Positions 53,479-64,000 of a DNA stretch of 64,000 bases are shown in pieces (the first letter of the stretch is position 1; every line of letters starts with the position of its first letter). The DNA is from Alphaproteobacteria bacterium. GTDB lineage: Bacteria; Pseudomonadota; Alphaproteobacteria; UBA6615. The stretch lies in NCBI GenBank assembly GCA_050246875.1, contig JBFWVF010000001.1, positions 146,566 to 210,565 on the forward strand, read 5' to 3'. The notes under the pieces are model-generated. The model saw only the letters and a list, made by a program, of their open reading frames with translations. It did not search any database and was not told the DNA's origin. A program made the position numbers and the translations under genes.

Positions 53479-54017
53479 CAGCGCGCTCCCGCGACGCGGT
53501 CGCGCAACGCCGCGGGACCGAACAGCATCACCAGCGTGCGCGCGAGCTGCACCAGCCCGGCGACCGTCAGCAGCGCGAAGCCGACGGGCAGCGTCATCTT
53601 GATGATCCAGCGATGGCTGAGCCCCGTGGCCGAGTTCGAGACCTCGTTGCCGATGTAGGAGTCCCAGACGAAGCCGACGCTGAACCACAGCACCAGTGCG
53701 CAGTAGGGCAGCAGGAACAGCAGGCAGCCGAAGACCTCGATCCACCAGCGCAGGCGCTGCGGCAGCTGCTCGCGGACCAGGTCGATCCGTACATGTCCGT
53801 CGCGCAGGTAACAGAAGCCGAGGCAGAGCATGAACAGCACCGTATGGAAGTGCCACTCGAGCTCCTGCAGCTTGGTCGAGCCGAGCACGAAGAACTTCCG
53901 CGACACGACGTCGAACACCGTGATCAGGATCAGCGCGACCCCGAACCACGCCGCGATGCGACCGATGAGCACGACGGCTCTTTCAAGACCGTCGCAGCAG
54001 CGAACGAGCGTTTCCAT
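53478..54017 (-). CDS. dctQ: TRAP transporter small permease
   Basis: 179 aa, 4 TM; directly upstream of dctM, overlapping by 1 nt. Confidence 0.8.
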   Translation of the reverse strand: METLVRCCDGLERAVVLIGRIAAWFGVALILITVFDVVSRKFFVLGSTKLQELEWHFHTVLFMLCLGFCYLRDGHVRIDLVREQLPQRLRWWIEVFGCLLFLLPYCALVLWFSVGFVWDSYIGNEVSNSATGLSHRWIIKMTLPVGFALLTVAGLVQLARTLVMLFGPAALRDRVAGAR

Positions 54018-54133
54018 TCCCTCTCCCGCAGCCTGCCGGACAGACGCACGGAGCCCCGAAAAAACGACGCCGGGAGTTGGCCTTTGGGGCCGCTCCCGGC
54101 GTGTCTACCGAATACCGATGGTCGGGCCGGTGG

Positions 54134-55186
54134 CTACTTCAGGTAGCCGAGGTCCTTCCACACGGCGTAGTTCTTGCGGAACTCCGACAGCGAGGCCCAC
54201 GCCTTGGCGAACTTGGGATCCTCGGCCGAAAGCTCCTTCACCACCTCGCCCCAGGCCGATTCCATCTTTGCCAGGATCTCGGGCGACCAGCGGTGGATCT
54301 GCACGCCCTTGGTCTTGAGTTCGTTGAGCGCGGCGAACTGGATGGCCTCGCCCTCGACGAAGGTGCGGCGGATGTTTTCGCCGCAGGCCACGTCGGCCCA
54401 CTCGCGATACTGCGCCGGCAGCTTCTCCCACGCTGACTTGTTCATCATCAGCTCGAACAGGGTCGACTGCTGGTGCCAGCCGGGGAAGTAGTAGTGCTTG
54501 GCCACCTGGTAGAAGCCGAGCGACAGGTCGATGGCGGGCATCGAGAACTCGGTCGCGTCGATCGTGCCGCGTTCCAGCGCCGGGTAGATGTCGCCACCGG
54601 CGAGGAGCTGCGTCGAGACGCCGAGCTTCTCCATCACCTTCGCGCCGAGGCCGAAGAAGCGCATCTTCAGGCCCTTCAGGTCCTCGACCGACTTGATCTC
54701 CTTGCGGAACCAGCCCGACGCCTCGGGCGCGATGACGCCGCAGATCAGCGACTTGATGCCGTGCGGCGCATAGGTCTCGTCGAGAAGCTGGTGACCGCCG
54801 CCGTAATACATCCACGCGAGGTATTCGCCGGTCGCCGGACCGAACGGCACCGCGGCGTAGATCGCCAGCGACTTCTCCTTGCCGAACCAGTAGCCCGGCG
54901 TCGACCAGGCGGCATCGACCGCGCCCTTGCCGACGGCGTCGAAGGCCTCGAGTTCGGGCACCAGCGCCTTCGGCTCGAAGAACTTGATGCGGAACTGGCC
55001 GCCGGAGATGCGGTCCATCGTCTTCTCGAGGTCGATGCCGGCGGTGCCGAGCTGGGTGAGCTTGCCGCCGTAGGTGCTCTGCATCTTCCAGTTGACCCGC
55101 TCCTGCGCGACGGCATCGCCTGCGCCAAGTGCGAGAACGAGCGCGCCGGCGGCGAGGCCGGCGGACATGAATTGCGCGATTTTCAT
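54134..55186 (-). CDS. dctP: TRAP transporter solute-binding protein (DctP family)
   Basis: Start MKIAQFMSAGLAAGALVLALGAGDAVAQ (signal peptide) inside track ORF 54134..55453. Confidence 0.8.
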   Translation of the reverse strand: MKIAQFMSAGLAAGALVLALGAGDAVAQERVNWKMQSTYGGKLTQLGTAGIDLEKTMDRISGGQFRIKFFEPKALVPELEAFDAVGKGAVDAAWSTPGYWFGKEKSLAIYAAVPFGPATGEYLAWMYYGGGHQLLDETYAPHGIKSLICGVIAPEASGWFRKEIKSVEDLKGLKMRFFGLGAKVMEKLGVSTQLLAGGDIYPALERGTIDATEFSMPAIDLSLGFYQVAKHYYFPGWHQQSTLFELMMNKSAWEKLPAQYREWADVACGENIRRTFVEGEAIQFAALNELKTKGVQIHRWSPEILAKMESAWGEVVKELSAEDPKFAKAWASLSEFRKNYAVWKDLGYLK

Positions 55187-55338
55187 CGTTTTCTCCCCAA
55201 GGATCCCACAGGCGTTCGGTCCGGGAGCGTCCGCCATCCGGCCGTTGCCGCCAGCCACATGGGCCAGACAGTCATTTTGTCGCACGGTAACGCAGCCCTG
55301 CCGGACCGACAAGGCAGCAAGACGCGAACCGCAGTGCC

Positions 55339-56943
55339 TCAATGCGCGTCCCGCGGTCCCCCGCGCCGGCGCAGCAGCAGGTGAACGATGCCGTCCTCCA
55401 GCGCCTCCGCCGCTGCCTCGATGATGTTGTCGGACAGGCCCACGGTGGCCCACCGGCCGCCCTCGCCGTCGCTGTGCTCGACCATCACCCGCACCACCGC
55501 CGCCGTGCCGAGGCGCGGCGTGACGATACGCACACGGAAATCCGTCAGCCGCACATCGGCCAGCTCGGGATAGACGGGCACCAGCGCCTTGCGCAGCGCC
55601 GCATCCAGGGCGTTCACGGGGCCGGCGCCCTCGGCGACCTCCATGCGGTTCTCGCCGCCGACGGTCACCTTCACCACCGCCTGCGACACCGTCGCGGCGC
55701 CGCCGGCGGACGGGCGGCGCTCGACCTCGACGCGGAAGCTGTCGACGGCGTAGTAGGACGGCACCTCGCCCAGCGCCCGCCGCGCCAGCAGCTCGAAGCT
55801 CGCCTCGGCGCCGTCGTAGCTGTAACCCTCGTGCTCGCGCGCCTTGACCGCCTCGACCAGCCGGGCGATCCGCACGTCGTCCGGCGCCAGCGCGATGTCG
55901 GCCTCGCGCAGCCGCGCCAGCACGTTGGCCCGCCCCGACTGGTCCGACACGACGATGTGCCGCCGGTTGCCGACTAGCGCCGGGTCGACATGTTCGTACG
56001 TGCGCGGATCGCGCGCGATGGCGGCGACGTGCAGCCCGCCCTTGTGGGCGAAGGCCGCCTCGCCGACATAGGGCGCGTGCCGGTCGGGCGCGCGGTTGAG
56101 CAGTTCGTCGAGCAGCCGCGAGGTGCGGGTCAGCGTGACGAGACCGGCCGCGTCGACGCCGGTCTGCCAGCGCCCGCCCGATTTCAGCGCCAGCGTCGGG
56201 ATCAGCGTCGTCAGGTTGGCGTTGCCGCAGCGCTCGCCGAGGCCGTTGAGCGTGCCCTGCACCATGCGCGCGCCGGCCTCGACGGCGGCGAGCGAGTTGG
56301 CGACGGCGTTGCCGGTGTCGTCGTGGGCGTGCATGCCGAGGTGCGCGCCGGGCAGTGCCGCCGCCACCGCGGCGACAATGCGTGACACATCGTCGGGCAA
56401 TGTGCCGCCATTGGTGTCACATAGCACGAGCCATGCTGCGCCACCCGCGTGCGCCGCCCGCAGGCAGGCAAGCGCGTAGTCCGGGTTGGCCTTGAAACCA
56501 TCGAAGAAGTGCTCGGCGTCGAACAGCGGCTCGCGGCCGGCGGCGGCGACGCGCGCGAGGCTGTCGGCGATCATCGCCAGATTGTCGTCGCGGGCGATGC
56601 CGAGGGCGACGTCGACCTGGAAGTCCCAGGTCTTGCCGACGAGGCAGACGCTGGCCGCGCCGCTGTCGAGCAAGAGCGACAGGCCGGGATCGTTGGCGGC
56701 GCTGCGGTCGGGCCGCCGGGTCATGCCGAAGGCGGCGAGGCGCGCCCGGCCGAGGGCCGGCGCGGCGGCGAAGAAGGCGTCGTCGGTCGGGTTGGCGCCC
56801 GGCCAGCCGCCCTCGACGTAGTCGACGCCCAGCCGGTCGAGGGCACGCGCGATGGTCGCCTTGTCGTCGGCCGAGAAATCGACGCCCTGCGTCTGCGCGC
56901 CGTCGCGCAGCGTCGTGTCGTAGAGGTGGATGCGTTCGGCCAT
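55339..56943 (-). CDS. Citramalate synthase / LeuA-family (HMGL-like) alpha-ketoacid acetyl-CoA condensing enzyme
   Basis: 534 aa; LYDTTLRDGAQ N-terminal motif, HxH metal site (GMHAHDDTGNA), C-terminal LeuA-dimer regulatory domain. Confidence 0.8.
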   Translation of the reverse strand: MAERIHLYDTTLRDGAQTQGVDFSADDKATIARALDRLGVDYVEGGWPGANPTDDAFFAAAPALGRARLAAFGMTRRPDRSAANDPGLSLLLDSGAASVCLVGKTWDFQVDVALGIARDDNLAMIADSLARVAAAGREPLFDAEHFFDGFKANPDYALACLRAAHAGGAAWLVLCDTNGGTLPDDVSRIVAAVAAALPGAHLGMHAHDDTGNAVANSLAAVEAGARMVQGTLNGLGERCGNANLTTLIPTLALKSGGRWQTGVDAAGLVTLTRTSRLLDELLNRAPDRHAPYVGEAAFAHKGGLHVAAIARDPRTYEHVDPALVGNRRHIVVSDQSGRANVLARLREADIALAPDDVRIARLVEAVKAREHEGYSYDGAEASFELLARRALGEVPSYYAVDSFRVEVERRPSAGGAATVSQAVVKVTVGGENRMEVAEGAGPVNALDAALRKALVPVYPELADVRLTDFRVRIVTPRLGTAAVVRVMVEHSDGEGGRWATVGLSDNIIEAAAEALEDGIVHLLLRRRGGPRDAH

Positions 56944-56952
56944 GGCCCGGGC

Positions 56953-58341
56953 TCAGCCGGACCGGCGCCAGATCGTGCCCGTCGGACGGTCTTCCAGCAC
57001 CACGCCGCGCGCCGCGAGGTCGTCGCGGATGCGATCGGCGGCGGAGAAGTCGCGCGACGCGCGGGCCTGCTCGCGGCGCTCGATCATGTCCTCGATCAGG
57101 CTTTCGTCGACCCCGCCGCCGACGGTCGGCAGCCAGCGGAACCAGGCCTCCGGGTCGGCAGCGAGCAGGCCGAGCGGCGCGCCCGCCGCCAGCAGCCGGC
57201 CCTTGGCCAGCGCCTGCGCCTCGGGGCCCGACGCCTTGTTGAGGAAGGCCAGCGCCTCGTGCAGCCGCGACAGGGCGAGCGGCGTGTTGAGGTCGTCTTC
57301 CAGCGCCGTCCGCACCGGCTGCGTCGCCACCCATTCGACGGGGCGCAGATGCGCGACCACGCGCAGCGCGCCATAGAAGCGGTCGAGCGTCTCGCGCGCC
57401 TGGCGCAGGGCGTCGCGCGTGAAGTCGAGCGGCTGGCGGTAATGCGTCGCCAGCAGCACCCAGCGCAGCGCCTCGCCGGGGAATTCGTCGAGCAGGTCAC
57501 GCACGGTGTAGAAGTTGCCGAGCGACTTCGACATCTTCTCGCCTTCGCTCATCAACCAGCCATTGTGCACCCAGAAGCGCACGAAGGGCTTGCCGCCATG
57601 CGCGGCGACCGACTGGGCGATCTCGTTCTCGTGGTGCGGAAACACCAGGTCGGCGCCGCCGCCATGGATGTCGAAGGTCTCGCCGAGATGCGCCTCCGAC
57701 ATCGCCGAGCATTCGATGTGCCAGCCCGGCCGGCCGCGGCCCCAGGGCGAATCCCAGCCGGGCTCGTCGGCGGCCGACGGCTTCCACAGCACGAAGTCGG
57801 CCGGGTCGCGTTTGTAGGGCGCGACCTCGACGCGGGCGCCGGCGATCATCTCGTCGCGATTGCGCCCCGACAGGCGACCGTAGTCGCGCGCCGCCGGCAC
57901 GTTGAACAGCACATGGCCATCGGCGGCATAGGCGTGGCCGGAGGCGAGCAGCTTGCCGATCATCGCCTGCATGGCGGCGATGTGCTCGGTCGCGCGCGGC
58001 TCGACGTCGGGGTCGAGGCAGCCCAGCGCCGCGGTGTCCTCGTGGAAGCGGGCGACCGTGCGTTCCGTCAGCTCGTCGATGGCGATGCCGAGGTCGCGGG
58101 CACGCGCGATGATCTTGTCGTCGACATCCGTGATGTTGCGCACGTAGCGCACATGGTCGCGCCCGTGGATCGCCCGCAGCAGCCGGTAGAGAACGTCGAA
58201 GACGACCAGCGGCCGCGCGTTGCCGATATGGATGTCGTCGTAGACGGTCGGGCCGCAGACATAGAGGCGCACCCGCTCGGGGTCGATCGGCGCGAAGGCG
58301 CTCTTGCGGCGCGTGAGTGTGTTGTGAAGCTTGAGCGGCAT
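56953..58341 (-). CDS. cysS: Cysteine--tRNA ligase
   Basis: 462 aa; HIGN (HIGH) motif in [16 protein letters not shown]; KMSKS. Confidence 0.9.
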   Translation of the reverse strand: MPLKLHNTLTRRKSAFAPIDPERVRLYVCGPTVYDDIHIGNARPLVVFDVLYRLLRAIHGRDHVRYVRNITDVDDKIIARARDLGIAIDELTERTVARFHEDTAALGCLDPDVEPRATEHIAAMQAMIGKLLASGHAYAADGHVLFNVPAARDYGRLSGRNRDEMIAGARVEVAPYKRDPADFVLWKPSAADEPGWDSPWGRGRPGWHIECSAMSEAHLGETFDIHGGGADLVFPHHENEIAQSVAAHGGKPFVRFWVHNGWLMSEGEKMSKSLGNFYTVRDLLDEFPGEALRWVLLATHYRQPLDFTRDALRQARETLDRFYGALRVVAHLRPVEWVATQPVRTALEDDLNTPLALSRLHEALAFLNKASGPEAQALAKGRLLAAGAPLGLLAADPEAWFRWLPTVGGGVDESLIEDMIERREQARASRDFSAADRIRDDLAARGVVLEDRPTGTIWRRSG

Positions 58342-58395
58342 GGTGGTCGCGGGCTTATAGCCGGCCGGGCGCCGCCGCGCAATTTTCCGCGCCCG

Positions 58396-59742
58396 TCAGG
58401 CCGTCTTCCCGGCGAGGCGGGCGATGGCGCGCGCGCGACCGATCAGCGGCAGCAGACGGGCCAGCGGCGGCCCGTCGCCGCGCCCGGTGAGCGCCAGCCG
58501 CAGCGGGTGGAACAGCGCCCGCCCGCGCTTGCCGCCGGCCGCCGCAACGGCGGCCGTCCAGGCCGGCCACGTCGCCGCGTCCCAAGGCTCGTCCGGCAGC
58601 AGCGGTGCCGCCAGCGCCAGCAGGGGCACGTCCTCGATCACGGGCTCGACCGGCCCGGTACAGACGCGGTGCCAGTCGCGCGCCTCGTCGAGGCGGCCGA
58701 TATTCTCGCGCACGGCGAGCCAGAAGGGCTCGCCCGCTCCCGCCAGGTCCCCGAGGCGTCCGGCCACGGCTTCCCATGGCAGCAGCGCGAGGGTGCGGGC
58801 GTTGAGACGGTCGAGTTCGCCGCGGTCGAAGGGCGCCGGCGCGCGGCCATAGGCCGAAAGCTCGAAGCCGGCGGCGAGGTCGGCGACGGTGGCGACGGCC
58901 TCCGCGGCCCGGCCGGTGCCGAGCGCCACGAGGCTCGCCGCGAGCGCCGTCGCCTCGACGCCCTCGGCGCGCAGCGCCGCCAGCGACAGGTCGCCGCGCC
59001 GCTTGGCCAGCGGCCGTCCGTCGGCGCCGACCAGCAGCGAGAGATGGGCGAAGTCGGGCACCGGGGCGTCGAGGGCGCGGAACAGGTCGATCTGCGCCGC
59101 CGTATTGGCGACGTGGTCCTCGCCGCGAATGACGTGCGTGACGGCGAACTCGGCGTCGTCGACGACCGAGGCCAGCGCGTAGAGCACACTGCCGTCCTCG
59201 CGGATCAGCACCGGGTCGGAGAGGTGGCCGGCGGCGATCTCGACGGGCCCGCGCACGAGGTCGTGCCAGCCGACCGCCACGTCGCCGAGGCGGAAGCGCC
59301 AGTGCGGCCGCCGTCCCTCGGCTTCCAGCTTCGCCCGCCCGGCGGCGTCGAGCTTCAGCGCGGCGCGGTCGTAGACCGGTGGCAGGCCCTGCACGCGCCG
59401 GGCCGCGCGGCGGGCGGCCAGCTCGGCCTCGGTCTCGTAGCAGGGGTAGAGCCGGCCCGCCGCGCGCAGCCGGTCGGCGGCGGCGGCATAGGCCGCCATG
59501 CGGTCGGACTGGCGCAGGGTGCGGTCGCGGTCGAGCCCGAGCCAGTCGAGGTCGGCGACGATGGCCGCGGCGAACATCGCCGTCTCCGCCCCGCCGGCGG
59601 TGTCGTCGAAGCGCAGGTCGAACGCGCCTCCCCGCGCGCGGGCGAACAGCCAGTTCACCAGCGCGACACGGGCGTTGCCGACATGCAGCAGTCCCGACGG
59701 GCTCGGCGCGAAGCGAACCCTTGTGTCGGAGCGCCCGCTCAC
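58396..59742 (-). CDS. gltX: Glutamate--tRNA ligase (alphaproteobacterial GltX paralogue type)
   Basis: 448 aa; FAPSPSGLLHVGNAR (HIGH-like), VIRGEDH. Confidence 0.8.
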   Translation of the reverse strand: MSGRSDTRVRFAPSPSGLLHVGNARVALVNWLFARARGGAFDLRFDDTAGGAETAMFAAAIVADLDWLGLDRDRTLRQSDRMAAYAAAADRLRAAGRLYPCYETEAELAARRAARRVQGLPPVYDRAALKLDAAGRAKLEAEGRRPHWRFRLGDVAVGWHDLVRGPVEIAAGHLSDPVLIREDGSVLYALASVVDDAEFAVTHVIRGEDHVANTAAQIDLFRALDAPVPDFAHLSLLVGADGRPLAKRRGDLSLAALRAEGVEATALAASLVALGTGRAAEAVATVADLAAGFELSAYGRAPAPFDRGELDRLNARTLALLPWEAVAGRLGDLAGAGEPFWLAVRENIGRLDEARDWHRVCTGPVEPVIEDVPLLALAAPLLPDEPWDAATWPAWTAAVAAAGGKRGRALFHPLRLALTGRGDGPPLARLLPLIGRARAIARLAGKTA

Positions 59743-59848
59743 GCGGGCCCGGCGCCGGCCCGCTCCCCCACCCGGCCACCCACGGGATCGTATGCTCGGA
59801 ATGGCCGGGTGGGGGAGCGGGCCGGTGCCGCCTCGCCAGAAAGAAGCT

Positions 59849-61510
59849 TCATGCCGTGCCCTTGAAGGCGTTGGTGATGGGGTAGCGGCGGTCGCGGCCG
59901 AAGGCGCGGCTGGTCAGCTTGACCCCCGGGGGTGCCTGGCGGCGCTTGTATTCGGCCAGTTCGAGCAGGCGCCAGATGCGCCGCACCGTCGCCGCCTCGT
60001 GGCCGCGCGCCACCAACTCCTCGGCGCCGAGGTCCTCCTCGACCAGCCCGTGCAGGATGCGGTCGAGTTCGGCGTAGGGCGGCAGCGAGTCCTCGTCCTT
60101 CTGGTCGGGGCGCAGCTCGGCCGACGGCGGCTTGGTGATGACGCGCTCGGGCATCACCCGCCCGGCCGGGCCGAGCCCGCCCTCGGGCATGTTCTCGTTG
60201 CGCCAGCGGCACAACGCGAACACGTCGGTCTTGTAGATGTCCTTCAGCACCGAGTAGCCGCCGGCCATGTCGCCGTAGATGGTGGCGTAGCCGACTGACA
60301 TCTCCGACTTGTTACCGGTCGTCACCAGCATGGCGCCGGTGGTGTTGCTGATCGCCATCAGCGTGACGCCGCGGATGCGGCTCTGCAGGTTCTCCTTGGT
60401 CAGGCCGGCAGACGGCGCGTTGAAGGCGCGCGCCAGCATGACGTCGAAGGCTTCCATCGCCGGCTCGATCGGCACCGTATCGAGGCGCACGCCCAGCGCC
60501 GTCGCAACGGCGGCGGCATCTTCGAGGCTGTCCTGGCTGGTGAACGGCGACGGCATCATCACGCAATGGACGCGGTCCGGCCCCAGCGCGTCGGCGGCGA
60601 CGACGGCGGTGATGGCCGAGTCGATACCGCCCGACAGGCCGAGCACCACGCCGGGGAAGCCGTTCTTGTTCACGTAGCTGCGCAGGCCCAGCATCATCGC
60701 CTGGTAGATGGCGCCGAGGCCCGTCGCCGGCGCGGCGACCGGTCCCGCCGCGCAGCGCCAGCCGGCCTCCGTGCGCAGCCAGCGCGTCAGCAGCAGCGCC
60801 TCGCGGAACATCGGCGCCGAGGCGGCCATGGCGTGGTCGGCGTTGAGCACGAAGGAGCCGCCGTCGAACACCAGCTCGTCCTGGCCGCCGACCTGGTTGA
60901 CGTAGGCCAGCGGCAGCCCGGTCTCGGTGATGCGCGCGACGGCGAGGTTGAGACGGACGTCGGGCTTGGCGCGGTCGTAGGGGCTGCCGTTGAGGAAGAC
61001 GAGGATCTCGGCGCCGGTCTCGGCCAGCGCCTCGGCCACGTCGGGCGTCCACATGTCCTCGCAGACGCCGACCCCCAGCCGCACGCCGCGCACGTTCATC
61101 GGCCCCGGCAGGTCGCCGGCGTCGAACACGCGCTTCTCGTCGAACACGCCGTAGTTGGGCAGGTCCCACTTGTCGCGGCGGGTGACGATCCTGCCGCCGT
61201 CGAGCAGCACGGCGGCGTTGGTGCGCCGTCCGTCCTCCAGCCACGGGGCGCCGGCGATGATGGCCGGGCCGCCATCGGCCGTGGCCGCCGCCAGCTTGTC
61301 GACCCCGCGCCGCACGGCGGCGAGGAAGGCCGGCTTCATCACCAGGTCCTCGGGCGGATAGCCGGCCACCGCAAGTTCGGTCGTCACCAGCACGTCGGCG
61401 CCGCCGGCGGCCGCCTCGGCCCGCGCCGCGAGGATGCGGGCGACATTGCCGTCGATGTCGCCGACCACCGGGTCGAGCTGGGCGAGCGCGATGGTCAGGG
61501 TATCCGGCAT
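59849..61510 (-). CDS. nadE: Glutamine-dependent NAD+ synthetase
   Basis: 553 aa from MPDTLTIALAQLDP; N-terminal nitrilase domain, C-terminal SGGIDS PP-loop; internal start of track ORF 59849..61954. Confidence 0.9.
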   Translation of the reverse strand: MPDTLTIALAQLDPVVGDIDGNVARILAARAEAAAGGADVLVTTELAVAGYPPEDLVMKPAFLAAVRRGVDKLAAATADGGPAIIAGAPWLEDGRRTNAAVLLDGGRIVTRRDKWDLPNYGVFDEKRVFDAGDLPGPMNVRGVRLGVGVCEDMWTPDVAEALAETGAEILVFLNGSPYDRAKPDVRLNLAVARITETGLPLAYVNQVGGQDELVFDGGSFVLNADHAMAASAPMFREALLLTRWLRTEAGWRCAAGPVAAPATGLGAIYQAMMLGLRSYVNKNGFPGVVLGLSGGIDSAITAVVAADALGPDRVHCVMMPSPFTSQDSLEDAAAVATALGVRLDTVPIEPAMEAFDVMLARAFNAPSAGLTKENLQSRIRGVTLMAISNTTGAMLVTTGNKSEMSVGYATIYGDMAGGYSVLKDIYKTDVFALCRWRNENMPEGGLGPAGRVMPERVITKPPSAELRPDQKDEDSLPPYAELDRILHGLVEEDLGAEELVARGHEAATVRRIWRLLELAEYKRRQAPPGVKLTSRAFGRDRRYPITNAFKGTA

Positions 61511-61700
61511 GGCGCGATACGGCTCCGCGGCGCCGGACGGCCCGGCGGTCGGGGGGAATGTCGGGAACGGGCCCGCGCCTGTCAATCGGCCGCCCCGCCG
61601 CACCGCCTGCCCGCCGCGGTCCGCGGCGTCATGGCGATGGACGGGCGGCCGCGCCGGGTCTATCCATCGGGGTAGGAACGGGGCCAGAGGACCAGCATTC

Positions 61701-62927
61701 ATGGCCGGCATGGTGACGGTGACGGACGGCCGCGAGGGATCGGGCTGGCGGCGTCCGGAAGTCCTGCTGCTGCTGCTCGCCGCGGCGATGCCGCTCGCCT
61801 CGTCGACGTGGATGGCGCTGCTCAACAACTTCACCGTCGAGGAAGCCGGCTTCAACGGCGCCGACATCGGCGTCCTGCAATCGATCCGCGAGATCCCCGG
61901 CCTGCTGGCCTTCACCTTCATCGGCCTGCTGTTCGTCTTCCGCGAACAGATCATCGCCTACCTGTCGCTGATCCTGCTCGGCCTCGGCACCATCGCCTTC
62001 GCCAACTACCCGACGCATTTCGGCCTGCTGGCGACGACCTTCATCCTCTCGGTCGGCTTCCACTACTACGAGACCGCCTCGCAGAGCCTCGCCCTGCAGT
62101 TCGCCGAGGCCAAGCGGGCGCCGCTGCTGATCGGGCGCATGATGTCGACGATGGGCATCGGCTCGATCGTCGCCTTCGCCCTGAGCTGGGTCGGCCTGAA
62201 ATGGCTCGCGCTCGACATGGCGACGGTGATGACGCTGGGCGGCGTCGCCACGGTGGCCGTGACGCTGTTCGCCTGGTTGGCCTTCCCGCGCTACCAGGGC
62301 GCCGTCAAGCAGCGTCGCCAGTTCGTGCTGCGCCGGCGCTACTGGCTGTTCTACGCGCTGACCTTCATGAGCGGCGCGCGACGGCAGATCTTCGTCGTCT
62401 TCGCCGCATTCCTGCTGGTCGAGAAGTTCGGCGTCTCGGCTGAGTGGATCGTCGTCCTGTTCCTCGTCAACCAGTTCGCCAACAGCCTGTTCGCGCCGGT
62501 GGCGGGGTGGATCGTCGCCCGCATCGGCGAGCGCCGTTCCTTCATGTTCGAGTATTCCGGCCTGATCGGCATCTTCGCCGCCTATGCCTTCATCGACAAT
62601 GTGTGGGTCGTCGCCGCCTTCTACGTGCTCGACCACATCTTCTATTCGCTGTCGATGGCGATGCGGACCTACTTCCGCAAGATCGCCGATCCCGCCGACA
62701 TCGCGCCGTCGGCCGGCGTCGCCCTCTCGATCAGCCACATCGCGGCGGTCTTCCTGCCGGCGCTGTACGGCATGCTGTGGCTGTGGAGTCCCCAGGCGGT
62801 GTTCGTCTCCGGGGCAGTTCTGGCTGGCGTCAGCCTCGCGATGTCGAGGCTCGTGCCGGCCGATCCGCGGCCGGGCAACGAGACCACCCGCGTGCTGCCC
62901 GCCGCGGCGCCCGCCCCGGCCGAATGA
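61701..62927 (+). CDS. MFS transporter
   Basis: 408 aa from MAGMVTV; 12 predicted TM helices; internal start of track ORF 61434..62927. Confidence 0.75.
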   Translation: MAGMVTVTDGREGSGWRRPEVLLLLLAAAMPLASSTWMALLNNFTVEEAGFNGADIGVLQSIREIPGLLAFTFIGLLFVFREQIIAYLSLILLGLGTIAFANYPTHFGLLATTFILSVGFHYYETASQSLALQFAEAKRAPLLIGRMMSTMGIGSIVAFALSWVGLKWLALDMATVMTLGGVATVAVTLFAWLAFPRYQGAVKQRRQFVLRRRYWLFYALTFMSGARRQIFVVFAAFLLVEKFGVSAEWIVVLFLVNQFANSLFAPVAGWIVARIGERRSFMFEYSGLIGIFAAYAFIDNVWVVAAFYVLDHIFYSLSMAMRTYFRKIADPADIAPSAGVALSISHIAAVFLPALYGMLWLWSPQAVFVSGAVLAGVSLAMSRLVPADPRPGNETTRVLPAAAPAPAE

Positions 62928-62973
62928 GACACGCGCCGCCCGGCCGCGTTGCGGGTGAGGTCGAGGCACCCTG

Positions 62974-64000
62974 ATGCGGCCCGCCCTGCGCCACGTCCTC
63001 GTCGTCGCGGCGGTCGTAGTGGCGACGGGCGTCAGCGCCGGCGCGGCGTGGCTTGGCGGGCGCGAGGTGGCTGTCGACGCTGCGATGCAACGGCTGCACG
63101 CCTACAACGCCGGCGTCCTGCGCGATGCCCATGCCGTGGTCCACGAAGCCATTGAGCTGCTCGGCCATGTCGAGGAGAGCGCCCTCCCGCGCTGTTCCGA
63201 AGCGCAGCTCACCTACTTGCGCCAACTCGTCTTCCGCGCCCGCTTCGTGCGCGATCTTGGCCAGTACGCCGACCGCCACCTCGTCTGCACCAGCGGCCTC
63301 GGCGTGCTGGAGAAGCCGTTTCCGGAAGGCGTCCCGGACCTGATCACGCCGGACGACTACCGCATCCACGCCAGCACCGGCCTGCTGATCGCTCCGGGCA
63401 CACAGGCGCTGGTCGTCCAGCATGGCGAGGCCAGCGCCGTGATCGACCCGCGTGCGCTGGCCGAACTCGAAACGCCACCGCTGAAGTTCGTGCTCTACCT
63501 GTTCGACCCGCTGAGCGAATACAGCGTGCGTGCCGGCGGCACCGCCGACACGGCCAGCGCCGACGTGCTGGCGGGCCGGCTGCCGACGCGCGGCAACGGC
63601 ATGCTGACGTCGAGCGGCTGCTCGCCGCACTTCTACATGTGCGTGGTCTCGCGCCTGCCGATCGCGGCGGCCCTTGAGTCCGAACCCTATGTGCCGACCG
63701 GCTTCGCCGCCCTCGGCGGGGTCGCCGGTTTCGGCCTGTCACTGGCCGGCGTGGCGCTGCTGCGCCGGGAGCGGGCGATGCATGTGCGCCTGCTGCGCGC
63801 CGCACGAAGCGGCGAGCTGGACGTCGAGTACCAGCCGATCGTCGATCTCGCCACGCGGACCACGGTCGGCGCCGAGGCCCTGCTGCGCTGGACCGACCGG
63901 ACCGGCGAGCGCATCGGGCCCGACGTGTTCGTGGCGCTGGCCGAGGAGCGCGGCTTCGTCGGGGAACTGACGCGCGCCGCCGTCATCCGCATCGGCGAGG
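62974..64000 (+). CDS. Membrane sensor protein with periplasmic CSS-motif-like domain and EAL (c-di-GMP phosphodiesterase) domain, 3' partial
   Basis: MRPALRHVLVVAAVVVATGVSAGA (TM), periplasmic domain, second TM, then the EAL domain start EYQPIVDL...ALLRW; runs off the window end. Confidence 0.65.
   Translation, partial: MRPALRHVLVVAAVVVATGVSAGAAWLGGREVAVDAAMQRLHAYNAGVLRDAHAVVHEAIELLGHVEESALPRCSEAQLTYLRQLVFRARFVRDLGQYADRHLVCTSGLGVLEKPFPEGVPDLITPDDYRIHASTGLLIAPGTQALVVQHGEASAVIDPRALAELETPPLKFVLYLFDPLSEYSVRAGGTADTASADVLAGRLPTRGNGMLTSSGCSPHFYMCVVSRLPIAAALESEPYVPTGFAALGGVAGFGLSLAGVALLRRERAMHVRLLRAARSGELDVEYQPIVDLATRTTVGAEALLRWTDRTGERIGPDVFVALAEERGFVGELTRAAVIRIGE

Noticed and set aside
56449-59865. 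1138-aa plus-strand ORF across cimA, cysS and gltX
   Set aside because: Antisense open frame with no domain signal; the minus strand encodes three clearly identifiable enzymes
62830-63630. 266-aa minus-strand ORF
   Set aside because: Antisense to the CSS/EAL sensor gene; Arg/Ala-rich with no recognisable domain

Overview
This is a high-GC (about 65-70%) alphaproteobacterial-type chromosomal segment, densely coding on both strands. It opens with part of the aerobic benzoyl-CoA (box) pathway: boxB, a benzoate-CoA ligase, and a convergent Liv-type ABC uptake operon with a stand-alone AsnC/Lrp ligand-domain gene. Then come assorted enzymes, a two-gene type I secretion module (HlyD plus PrtD-type ABC) with no substrate in sight, and a roughly 2.2 kb low-GC islet centred on tRNA-Leu(UAA). 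That islet carries two unannotatable ORFs with HEPN-like Rx4H motifs (one AbiV-like), and I think it is the best candidate for an undescribed defence module. After it lie a cinA-sfsA-map core stretch, a 2OG-oxygenase/NMT1-type ABC cluster, radC, tandem YfcG-like GSTs, a LysR regulator and a complete NAD-dependent formate dehydrogenase operon (fdsGBA-fdhD-fdsD). A lower-GC m5C methyltransferase/restriction endonuclease/Vsr island sits flush against the fdsD stop. The rest is a purine biosynthesis block (purB, purC-S-Q-L), bolA/grx4, rpsD, a TRAP transporter, cimA/leuA-like, cysS, gltX, nadE, an MFS transporter and a partial EAL sensor. Many long track ORFs are GC-driven frame artefacts; I split them into their real genes and re-derived start codons from the nucleotide sequence.
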